Assembly (NCBI GenBank): GCA_035549715.1 | Contig: DASZQJ010000092.1 | Coordinates: 2,735-66,734 of the forward strand | From: Burkholderiales bacterium | GTDB taxonomy: Bacteria > Pseudomonadota > Gammaproteobacteria > Burkholderiales > JACQAP01 | DNA: 64,000 bases | Direction of reading: 5' to 3' | Shown here: piece after piece, positions 23,224 to 31,075 of the stretch | Layout: each line of letters starts with the position of its first letter | Position numbering within the stretch: the stretch's first letter is position 1 | Program-made: the position numbers and the translations under genes | Notes under the pieces: generated by a model | Database searches by the model: none | Seen by the model: only the letters and a program-made list of their open reading frames with translations | Told to the model about the DNA's origin: nothing

Positions 23224-24807
23224 TCAGGCGTCCTGCGCCCGCAGGAAGGCCTGGGCGCCGAGGTTCACCAGGACCTTTTCCAGGGCGGAGCCCAGCAGTT
23301 CGCGTACCGCTTTCTCGTCGGTGACCGGCGCGCCGCCGGCATCGGCCTTCAGCAGGAATTCCCTCGAGTTCACCGCCGCCATCATCGAATCCAGGATCTG
23401 GCCCGCATCGCGGCTGCCGTCGAGCAGCTTCAGGGTCTGGCGATGGATTTCGTCGAGGTTGATGGCCTCGCCCCGCAGGTTCGTCGCCTGGTAGCCCTGG
23501 ATGGCCTGCCAGCGCGCCAGGGGGCTGGTCGTGGGCCTGGCCGGGGCCACCCGGGTCAGGGCGAGGGGTGCCACGCGCATTTCCACCACTCCGGCGCCGA
23601 TCGCCGTCAGGATCTCGCTGGCCAGGAACTCGTCCACCGGCTCGTCGGCGGAAACCTTCTCCAGCGCGAGCTCTTCCCGGCACTTGTGCAGCAGCTCCTG
23701 GTAGCTGATCGGCACCGGCCATTCCCGCTGCAGCACCCGCATCGCCAGCTTGGTGACGGGCGCCTTGCAGACGATGCGCGAGCCGCTCGGCGTCTGGTAG
23801 GTCACCCGCACGGCGGGATCCAGCTGCGCGGGCTCCACGGGTGTGGCCGCCGAGGCCAGCCAGAACTGCCGCACCACGCCCGAGTCGATGGCGCGGTTCA
23901 GGCGGATGCCGTTGTGGCAAATGAGGGTCTTGCGGAAATAGCGGCAGCGCACGAAGTCCATGTACTGCTCCATGCGGACGATGTCATGTGCGCCCAGCTC
24001 GTGCAGCGTCTTGGCGGTATCGGCCGAGAAATTGGTCGAGATCATGGACGAGAACTCGGCGTCCCCGAGGTACTGCAGTCCGTTCACTGCCAGGCGCTGG
24101 GCGAACTCGTGGAAGTACATCGGCTGGTTGTGCTCTTCCAGGTATTCGTGGTGCAGGTAGTAGTCCGTCATCTTGTCGAGCTGCTTGAGCTCGGACTGGA
24201 GCAGGCGCTGGTAGGGCGTGTCGGATTTCGAAGTCGCCTGCGCGGCGAAGGCCACCAGGGACTTGGCCTGCTCCAGGCGCGTGTTGGCGTCGGCGAACTG
24301 GGCGCCGCGGTAGAACATCATGTCGCGCACGATGCCGCGGATGTGCCAGCCGGGGTAGACGTTGTAGCTGATGTAGGCCACGCCGTCGGGCGCGAGGTGG
24401 CGCTGCACGATCTCCAGCATCTTGGCCTGCACGCGCGGCGGCACCCACGAGTAGACGCCGTGGCTGATGATGTAATCGAACTGCCCGAGGCTGTCGTCGA
24501 CGTCGAGGATGTCCATGTGGCGCAGCTGGACGTTCTTGATGCCCAGGGCATGGATGGTCTTCCACCCCTCCGCGATCTGGTGCGACGAGAAATCCAGCCC
24601 CACGCACTGTGCGCCGGGGTGGATCTGCGAGATGGCCACCAGGTTGCCGCCCATGGAGCAGCCCAGCTCGAGAATCCGGGCCCCGTCGGCCGGTGGCGAT
24701 TGCAGGCCGAAGATCCTGGCGATCGCGGACAACCTCGCGGGGTGGGTTTCCGGGAAGGAAATGCTGGGGTAGGGAATGGCGTCGTAGGATTTTTGCAGGG
24801 TGTTCAT
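23224..24807 (-). CDS. Class I SAM-dependent methyltransferase with a long C-terminal 'methyltransferase regulatory' type domain (527 aa)
   Basis: The N-terminus YDAIPYPSISFPETHP and motif I ILELGCSMGGN are followed by about 300 aa typical of this two-domain family (from memory). The ORF has a clean start (CAT 24805-24807) and stop. Confidence 0.85.
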   Translation of the reverse strand: MNTLQKSYDAIPYPSISFPETHPARLSAIARIFGLQSPPADGARILELGCSMGGNLVAISQIHPGAQCVGLDFSSHQIAEGWKTIHALGIKNVQLRHMDILDVDDSLGQFDYIISHGVYSWVPPRVQAKMLEIVQRHLAPDGVAYISYNVYPGWHIRGIVRDMMFYRGAQFADANTRLEQAKSLVAFAAQATSKSDTPYQRLLQSELKQLDKMTDYYLHHEYLEEHNQPMYFHEFAQRLAVNGLQYLGDAEFSSMISTNFSADTAKTLHELGAHDIVRMEQYMDFVRCRYFRKTLICHNGIRLNRAIDSGVVRQFWLASAATPVEPAQLDPAVRVTYQTPSGSRIVCKAPVTKLAMRVLQREWPVPISYQELLHKCREELALEKVSADEPVDEFLASEILTAIGAGVVEMRVAPLALTRVAPARPTTSPLARWQAIQGYQATNLRGEAINLDEIHRQTLKLLDGSRDAGQILDSMMAAVNSREFLLKADAGGAPVTDEKAVRELLGSALEKVLVNLGAQAFLRAQDA

Positions 24808-25069
24808 GGGTCGCCGGGCGGATGTTGGGGTCTTGGGTTCGGGCCGGCGCCTAGTATATGCCCTGAATCTTGCTTTTTCCCTCTGCGAAAGTGGCTCCGG
24901 CGGATGCCGTGCATGGCGCCGGCCCGCCGCGGGCGCCCCGCTTTTGCCTATACAGGGCGGGCCCGAACGTGATGTAATTTCCGAGGATTCTCACCCTGGA
25001 TGAGCAGCCATCGGGCCGGGCGGTCGGCACCCTGGTCGACGGGGCAAGCGGGCCGCAGCGCGGCATAAA

Positions 25070-26986
25070 TTGCCCATTAGCGACATGAATACGCAACCTG
25101 AGCCCCTGGACCCGCGGCCGCGTTCCCACGTCGCCGAGTTGCGCCGCACCGAACCCACGGTCGCGGACTGGCGCGCCTTTTCCGAAGCCTCCTCGCCGGA
25201 GGCCTATTGCCAGAGCTGGCTCAACCTGCAGTGCCTGATGATCCCGGGCTGCCTGGAAGGCGTGGTCGTGCTGCAGAAGCCCGGCGCCCAGGAATTCGTG
25301 CCCGCCGCATTCTGGCCCGCCGACGATCGCCGCAACCGCAGCCACCTCGCGGAAGTGACCGAGCGCACCCTGAAGGAAGGCCGCGGCGTCTTCAGCTCGC
25401 GCGAAGTGCCGTCCACGCTCGACCCGGAACGCATGCAGACGCGCTACCAGCTTGCCTACCCGGTGAAGCTCGACGGGGCGCTGCGCGGCGTGGTCACCGT
25501 GGAAATCGACCAGCGCCCGGAGAGCCAGGTCGAGGGCGTGATGCGCCAGCTGCAGTGGGGTGCCGGCTGGCTCGAGGTGATGCTGCGCCGGGGGCAATTC
25601 GACCCCGGCGAGATCGCGCGCAAGCGCCTCGCCTTCGTGGTGGAGCTGCTGTCCACCTTCCTCGAGCAGTCCAATTTCGAGGCGGCGGCCGCGGCCTGCG
25701 TGACCGAGCTCGCCGCCTTCCTCGGCTGCGACCGCGTCTCGCTGGGCGTGCTCGAGCGCCGCCGCATCCGCATGGTCGCCCTGTCCCACGCCACGCAGTT
25801 CGACCGCCACTCCAACCTGGCGCGCGCCATCGAGGCGGCGATGGAGGAGGCCGTCGACCAGCGCGAGACCATCCTCTACCCGGACGGCATGAGCGGTCGC
25901 CCCACGGTCGACCAGGCCCATGCGGCGCTGGCGACGGGCTTCGGCTCCGGGGTGGTCCTGACCCTGCCGCTCACCTCGCGCAGCCAGGTGGTGGGCGCGC
26001 TGTGCATGGAGCGGGCGGGCAACTATCGCTTCGAGCGGCCCGCGCTCGAACTGGCCGAAGGCGTGGCGGCCCTGATCGGTCCGCTCGCGGACATGCAGCG
26101 CGGCAACGAGCGCGCGCTGCCGGCGCACCTGGCCACCAGGGCGAGCGGCTTCTGGGAACGCCTCGCGGGGCCGCGCAATGCCGGGCTCAAGGTCGTCCTC
26201 CTGCTGGTCCTGGCGGTCATCGCCTACGTCAGCATCGCCAGCGGCACCTACCGGATCACCGCCGAGACCAACGTCGAGGGTTCGGTGCAGCGTGTGGTGG
26301 CCGCGCCCTTCCAGGGCTTCATCGCCGAGGCGAAGGTGCGGCCGGGCGACACGGTGAAGGCGGGCGACCTGGTCGCGCGCCTCGACGACCGCGACCTGCG
26401 CCTCGAGCGCCTCAAGACGCTCGCGCAGCGCGAGCAGTATTCCAAGCAGTACCGCGAGGCGATGGCCAAGGGCGATCGCGCGCAGATCAAGATCCTCGGC
26501 ACCCTGGTGGAGCAGCAGGACGCGCAGGTGCAGCTGCTCGACGAGCAGCTGTCGCGCACGACCATCGCAGCCCCGTTCGACGGCGTCGTGGTGAGCGGCG
26601 ACCTGAGCCAGCAGCTCGGGGCGCCGGTGGAACGCGGCCAGGTGCTGTTCGAGATCGCGCCCCTCGACAGCTACCGCGTGGTCCTGCAGGTGAACGAGCG
26701 CGACATCGCCGACGTTGCGGTCGGCCAGGCCGGCAAGCTGACGCTGTCCTCGCTGCCGGGGGAGAAGATCGACTTTCGCGTCGCCAAGATCACGCCCGTG
26801 AACACGCCCAAGGAGGGCCGCAACTTTTTCCGCGTCGAGGCGGCCCCGCTGGGAGGGATCGACCGCGTGCGCCCCGGCATGGAAGGGGTGGGCAAGATCG
26901 AGGTCGACGAGCGCCGCCTGATCTGGATCTGGACCCGCGACCTCGTGAACTGGGCCCGCCTGTGGGTCTGGTCGTGGATGCCCTGA
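25070..26986 (+). CDS. GAF-like sensor region fused to a HlyD-type membrane fusion protein (periplasmic adaptor)
   Basis: The track start is TTG 25070 and the first ATG is 25085. The ~370-aa cytoplasmic N-terminal region is GAF-like (...CVTELAAFLGCDRVSLGVLERRRIRMVALSHA...). One TM segment follows (GLKVVLLLVLAVIAYVSIA), then barrel-sandwich halves flanking a short coiled coil (VVAAPFQGFIAEAKVRPGDTVKAGDLVARLDD ... TTIAAPFDGVVVSGD). Confidence 0.8.
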   Translation: MPISDMNTQPEPLDPRPRSHVAELRRTEPTVADWRAFSEASSPEAYCQSWLNLQCLMIPGCLEGVVVLQKPGAQEFVPAAFWPADDRRNRSHLAEVTERTLKEGRGVFSSREVPSTLDPERMQTRYQLAYPVKLDGALRGVVTVEIDQRPESQVEGVMRQLQWGAGWLEVMLRRGQFDPGEIARKRLAFVVELLSTFLEQSNFEAAAAACVTELAAFLGCDRVSLGVLERRRIRMVALSHATQFDRHSNLARAIEAAMEEAVDQRETILYPDGMSGRPTVDQAHAALATGFGSGVVLTLPLTSRSQVVGALCMERAGNYRFERPALELAEGVAALIGPLADMQRGNERALPAHLATRASGFWERLAGPRNAGLKVVLLLVLAVIAYVSIASGTYRITAETNVEGSVQRVVAAPFQGFIAEAKVRPGDTVKAGDLVARLDDRDLRLERLKTLAQREQYSKQYREAMAKGDRAQIKILGTLVEQQDAQVQLLDEQLSRTTIAAPFDGVVVSGDLSQQLGAPVERGQVLFEIAPLDSYRVVLQVNERDIADVAVGQAGKLTLSSLPGEKIDFRVAKITPVNTPKEGRNFFRVEAAPLGGIDRVRPGMEGVGKIEVDERRLIWIWTRDLVNWARLWVWSWMP

Positions 26987-26993
26987 GCGCCCG

Positions 26994-29144
26994 ATGGCGG
27001 CCAACGACATCTTCAGTGCGTCCTGGCACCGCGTCAGCGGCCTGAGGCCGCGCCTGCGCGGCCACGCGCAGATGTCGCGGCACTTCTACCGCGGCCAGCT
27101 CTGGTACGTGCTGCAGGACCATTCCTCGCGACGCGTGCACCGGTTTGCCCCGACGGCCTATACGGTGATCGGCCTCATGGACGGCCACCGCACCGTCGGG
27201 GAGATCTGGGACGCGGCCTGCTCGAAGCTGGGCGACGATGCGCCCACCCAGGAGGAGATCATCCGCCTGCTCGCCCAGCTGCACGGCGCCGACATCCTGC
27301 AGTGCGAGATCCCGCCGGACGTGGACGAGATGCTGCGGCGGCGGGACAAGCTGCGCAGCATGAAGCTGATCGCACTGCTGATGAGTCCGCTGTCGATGAA
27401 GTTCCCGCTGTTCGACCCGGAACGCTTCCTCAATGCGACCGTCGGCCTCGTGCGGCCGCTGTTCACCTGGTACGGGGCGCTGCTCTGGCTGGCGATCGTG
27501 GCCGGCGCGGTGGTGGAGGCGGGTCTGCACTGGCCCGAGCTCACCAAGGACATCACCGACCGCGCGCTCGCCCCGCAGAACCTGCTGCTGATCTGGCTCA
27601 CGTTCCCGGTGCTCAAGGCCTTCCACGAGTTCGGCCACGCCTACGCGGTCAAGCGCTGGGGCGGGGAGGTGCACGAGATGGGCATCATGCTGCTGGTGTT
27701 CATGCCGGTGCCCTACGTGGATGCCTCCGCCGCGTCGGCCTTCCGCGAGAAGTACCCGCGCGTCGTGGTGGGCTCGGCCGGAATGCTGGTGGAGGCGGTG
27801 GTGGCCGCGCTGGCGGTGTTCGTATGGGTGAACGTGGAGCCGGGCCTGGTGCGCTCGGTCGCCTACAACGTGATCCTCATCGCCGGCGTCTCGACCCTGG
27901 TCTTCAACGCCAACCCGCTGCTGCGCTTCGACGGCTATTACATCTTTGGCGACCTCATCGAGATCCCCAACCTGCGGGCCCGCGCCAACCGCTATTTCAT
28001 GTACCTGGTCGAGCGCCACCTGCTCGGCATGGCCGAGAGCCAGGAGCCCGAAGGAACGCCGTCGGAAAAGCGCTGGATGCTGGCCTTCGCCATCAGCTCG
28101 TTCATCTACCGGATGTTCGTCACCTTCGCCATCGTCATGCTGGTGGCCGGCAAGTACTTCATCTTCGGCGTGATCCTCGCCGGCTTCGCCCTGGTGGGCG
28201 CGCTGGTGCTGCCGCTCGTGAAGGGCATCGCCTTCCTGCTCTACAGCCCGCGCCTGCGCCGCATGCGCCTGCGCGCGGCGGTGAGCACCACCCTTTTCGT
28301 GGGTGTACTCGGCGCGCTGGTCTTCCTGGTGCCGGCGCCCATGTGGACCCGGGCCGAAGGGGTGATCTGGGTCCCCGAGCAGGCGATCGTGCGCCCGGGC
28401 ACCGAGGGCTTCGTCGCCGAGGTGGTGGCGCGCCCGAACTCGCAGGTCAGGCCGGGCGATCCCATCCTGAAGCTCGACGAGCCGCTGCTGTCGGCGCACA
28501 TCCGGGTGCTGCGGGCGAAGGTCGAGCAGTACGAGGCGCAGTACCGTTCCGAGCGCTACGACGAGCACGGGCAGGTGCGCGCGGAACTGACCCTGGAGAC
28601 GCTGCGCTCCACGCAGGCCGAGCTCGCGCGCGCGCTCGAAAAGGCCGCGGCGCTGGAAGTCCGGGCGCCCGTGGAAGGCCGCCTGGTGCTGGCGCGCGCC
28701 GACGACCTGCCGGCGCGCTTCGTGCGCCAGGGCCAGGACGTGGCCTACATCGTCGACGGCAAGCAGATGACCGCGCGCGTGGTGGTCCCGCAGCAGGACA
28801 TCGACCTGGTGCGCAGCCGCACCCGCGCGATCGAAGTGCGCCTCACGGAGGACGTCGGCGTGGTGCTGCCGGCCAGGGTCCGGCGCGAAGTCCCGGCGGC
28901 GACGGCCGAGCTGCCCAACCTCGCGCTCGCGATGGACGGCGGCGGCAAGGTGGCGCTGGATCCGCGCGAGAAGACCCCGCGGGCGCTGCAGAAGTTCTTC
29001 GACTTCGAGCTGAGCCTGCCGGTGCGCGAGAACGTGCACATCGGCAGCCGCATCTACGTCCGCTTCGACCATGGCTCCGAGCCGCTGGCCTTCCAGTGGT
29101 ACCGCAGCCTGCGCCAGGTCTTCCTCAAGCAGCTGAATGTCTGA
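26994..29144 (+). CDS. Site-2-protease (peptidase M50) domain fused to a HlyD-type membrane fusion domain (716 aa)
   Basis: HEFGH at 27624-27638 and the second S2P motif NPLLRFDG at 27912-27935 sit within a polytopic hydrophobic region. The C-terminal half reads ...IVRPGTEGFVAEVVARPNSQVRPGDPILKLDE..coiled coil..EVRAPVEGRLVL. The start is 7 nt after the upstream stop. Confidence 0.85.
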   Translation: MAANDIFSASWHRVSGLRPRLRGHAQMSRHFYRGQLWYVLQDHSSRRVHRFAPTAYTVIGLMDGHRTVGEIWDAACSKLGDDAPTQEEIIRLLAQLHGADILQCEIPPDVDEMLRRRDKLRSMKLIALLMSPLSMKFPLFDPERFLNATVGLVRPLFTWYGALLWLAIVAGAVVEAGLHWPELTKDITDRALAPQNLLLIWLTFPVLKAFHEFGHAYAVKRWGGEVHEMGIMLLVFMPVPYVDASAASAFREKYPRVVVGSAGMLVEAVVAALAVFVWVNVEPGLVRSVAYNVILIAGVSTLVFNANPLLRFDGYYIFGDLIEIPNLRARANRYFMYLVERHLLGMAESQEPEGTPSEKRWMLAFAISSFIYRMFVTFAIVMLVAGKYFIFGVILAGFALVGALVLPLVKGIAFLLYSPRLRRMRLRAAVSTTLFVGVLGALVFLVPAPMWTRAEGVIWVPEQAIVRPGTEGFVAEVVARPNSQVRPGDPILKLDEPLLSAHIRVLRAKVEQYEAQYRSERYDEHGQVRAELTLETLRSTQAELARALEKAAALEVRAPVEGRLVLARADDLPARFVRQGQDVAYIVDGKQMTARVVVPQQDIDLVRSRTRAIEVRLTEDVGVVLPARVRREVPAATAELPNLALAMDGGGKVALDPREKTPRALQKFFDFELSLPVRENVHIGSRIYVRFDHGSEPLAFQWYRSLRQVFLKQLNV

Positions 29145-31071
29145 CCGCGGACTGGCCGCGTCGGCCGACGCCTACCCCGAGCGCGAGGAGCGGCGCCCGT
29201 CCATGGTCGAAAAGGTGCTGCTCTCGCTCGCCTACCTGCCCCAGTCGCTGCTGGCGCGGGCGCCGTCCCCGTCGACCGTCGCGGGCGTCCAGGCCCGGGC
29301 GAAACTGCCGGCCGACTTCGCCGCGCGGGTGCGCGACCTGCGCTACGAGTTGCGCCGCACCGGGCTCGGCAGCGCCGGCCTGGAGCAGGCGGTCGCGCTG
29401 GCCGCGGCGCAGGTGCACGCGCAACTCGGCATCAAGCCCGGCCCGGGGCCGATTTGCGCCGCGCTGGCGCTGGCCCGGGGCGGCCGCTGTGTCGAGGCCA
29501 CCGACGTGGGTGACTGGCCGCTGGCCGTGGCGCTGGCCGCCGTGGCGGTGGCGCTGGCCGGCATCCCGGTGCACGTCATCACGGTGACCGCACATCTGGC
29601 GCGGCGCGACGCCGAGGCGATGCGCCCCCTGTACGCCGCGTTCGGCCTGTCGGTGGGCGTGGTCGAGGAAACCACGCAGGAGGCGGACCGGCGCCAGGCC
29701 TACGGCGCCGACGTCGCCTACTGCGTGCATCGCGAGGTGGCGCTCGATTACCTGCGCGATCGCCTGGTGCTCAAGGGCCGCCCGCGCGCGCTGCGACTGC
29801 GCACCGAGGCGCTCACGTCCCCGAACCCGCGCGCCCAGCACCTGATGCTGCGCGGCCTGCAGTGCGCCATCGTTTGCGAGGGGGAAACCATCCTGGTCGA
29901 CGCCGCCCAGACCCCGATCACGATTTCCGGGCATGCCAGCGCATCGCAGGAGGCCGCCTGGCTCGTCCAGGGCCTGCAGATGGCGCGGGCGCTCGTGCCC
30001 GGCGCCGAATACGAGATCCCCGAAATCGGTCTGGCGCGGCTGACCGACGCGGGCCGCGCCAGGCTGGCGCAGATGGCCCGCCAGCTGCCCGGGGTCTGGC
30101 AGGGGGCGCGCCGGCGGGAGGAGATCGTGCAACTCGCGCTGGTGGCCGAGCGCATGCTGGAAAAGGACCGGCACTACGAAGTGGCGGGCGAAAGCCTGAC
30201 GGTGGCCGAGGAGGTCCTGCGCCAGCACGCCGGCGACGCGGGCAACGCCAGGCTGCTGCGGCTGCTGCTCGAGAGCAAGGAGAACTGCGCCCTGAGCGGG
30301 GCGCGGGAGACGCTGGCGCGCATCGGCTACCAGCGCTTCTTCCGCCGCTACCTGCGGCTGTCGGCGCTGAGCCTGGGGGCGCGGCAGGTGAGCCGCGAGC
30401 TGTGGGGGATCTACCGGCTGCGGCGCGTCGTCGCGGCCCCGGGCGAGCCGGCGCTGGGCGTACGGCTGCCGGATCGCTTCTATGCCGACAAGGCGAGCGG
30501 CGCAGAAGCGGTGCTGGCACGGGTTCGCGAGTTGCGCGCCCACGGGCACCCGGTGCTGGTCGTCACGCGCACGCCACAGGCCGCGGCGGCCTGGTCACAG
30601 CTGCTGGAAACCGGCGGCGTGCCCAACCAGCGCCTGGCGGGCAGCCAGGACGCGAAGGAGGAGGAAGCCTTCGGGCAGGTCTGCGCGCCGGGAAGGGTCA
30701 CGGTCGCACCGTATTTCGCCGCGCGCGGCAAGCGCGCGGAGGTCATGGCGGCCTCCGCGGACAAGGGCGGCTTGCGGATCATCCAGGTGCAGCCGCTCGC
30801 CTATGGCCGCCAGCTGCAGTATCTGGTGGAGCGGGGCATCCCGCGCGGGTCCAGCGGCAGCGTGCAGCGCATGGTGGTGATGGACGACGACCTGGTGGGC
30901 ATCTACGTGCCGGGGTGGTGGGTGCGCTGGCGCGGGATGCCGCTGCGCCGGGCGATGCTGCGCTACTGCCAGTGGGCTGCCGCGCGCGACCACGCCCAGG
31001 CGCGCAGCGAATTGCTGCGGGTGGAGGATTACCTCGGGGACGTGTTCGCCTTCTCGGGCCGGCAGGGCTGA
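29137..31071 (+). CDS. SecA-like protein (NBD1-PPXD-NBD2 only, 644 aa) with degenerate ATPase motifs
   Basis: Colinear with E. coli SecA as I remember it: [31 protein letters not shown] vs [46 protein letters not shown] vs [30 protein letters not shown]...[20 protein letters not shown] vs GGLHIIGTERHESRR...GSSRFYLSMEDALMRIF. The Walker A equivalent is ATDVGDWP (29494-29523 region) instead of MRTGEGKT. The DEVD equivalent is CEGE (29875-29886). ATG 29137 overlaps the upstream stop (29142-29144). Confidence 0.8.
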   Translation: [644 protein letters not shown]

Positions 31072-31075
31072 GCGG

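Noticed and set aside
24851-30549. Long minus-strand ORFs (24851-27010, 26790-29072, 29125-30549) and alternative plus-strand frames over the GAF-MFP/M50-MFP/SecA-like operon
   Set aside because: They lack motifs and have an Arg/Gly/His-rich composition. The chosen plus-strand frames contain HEFGH, NxxPxxxFDG, MFP and SecA-colinear segments, and show operon-style start/stop coupling.
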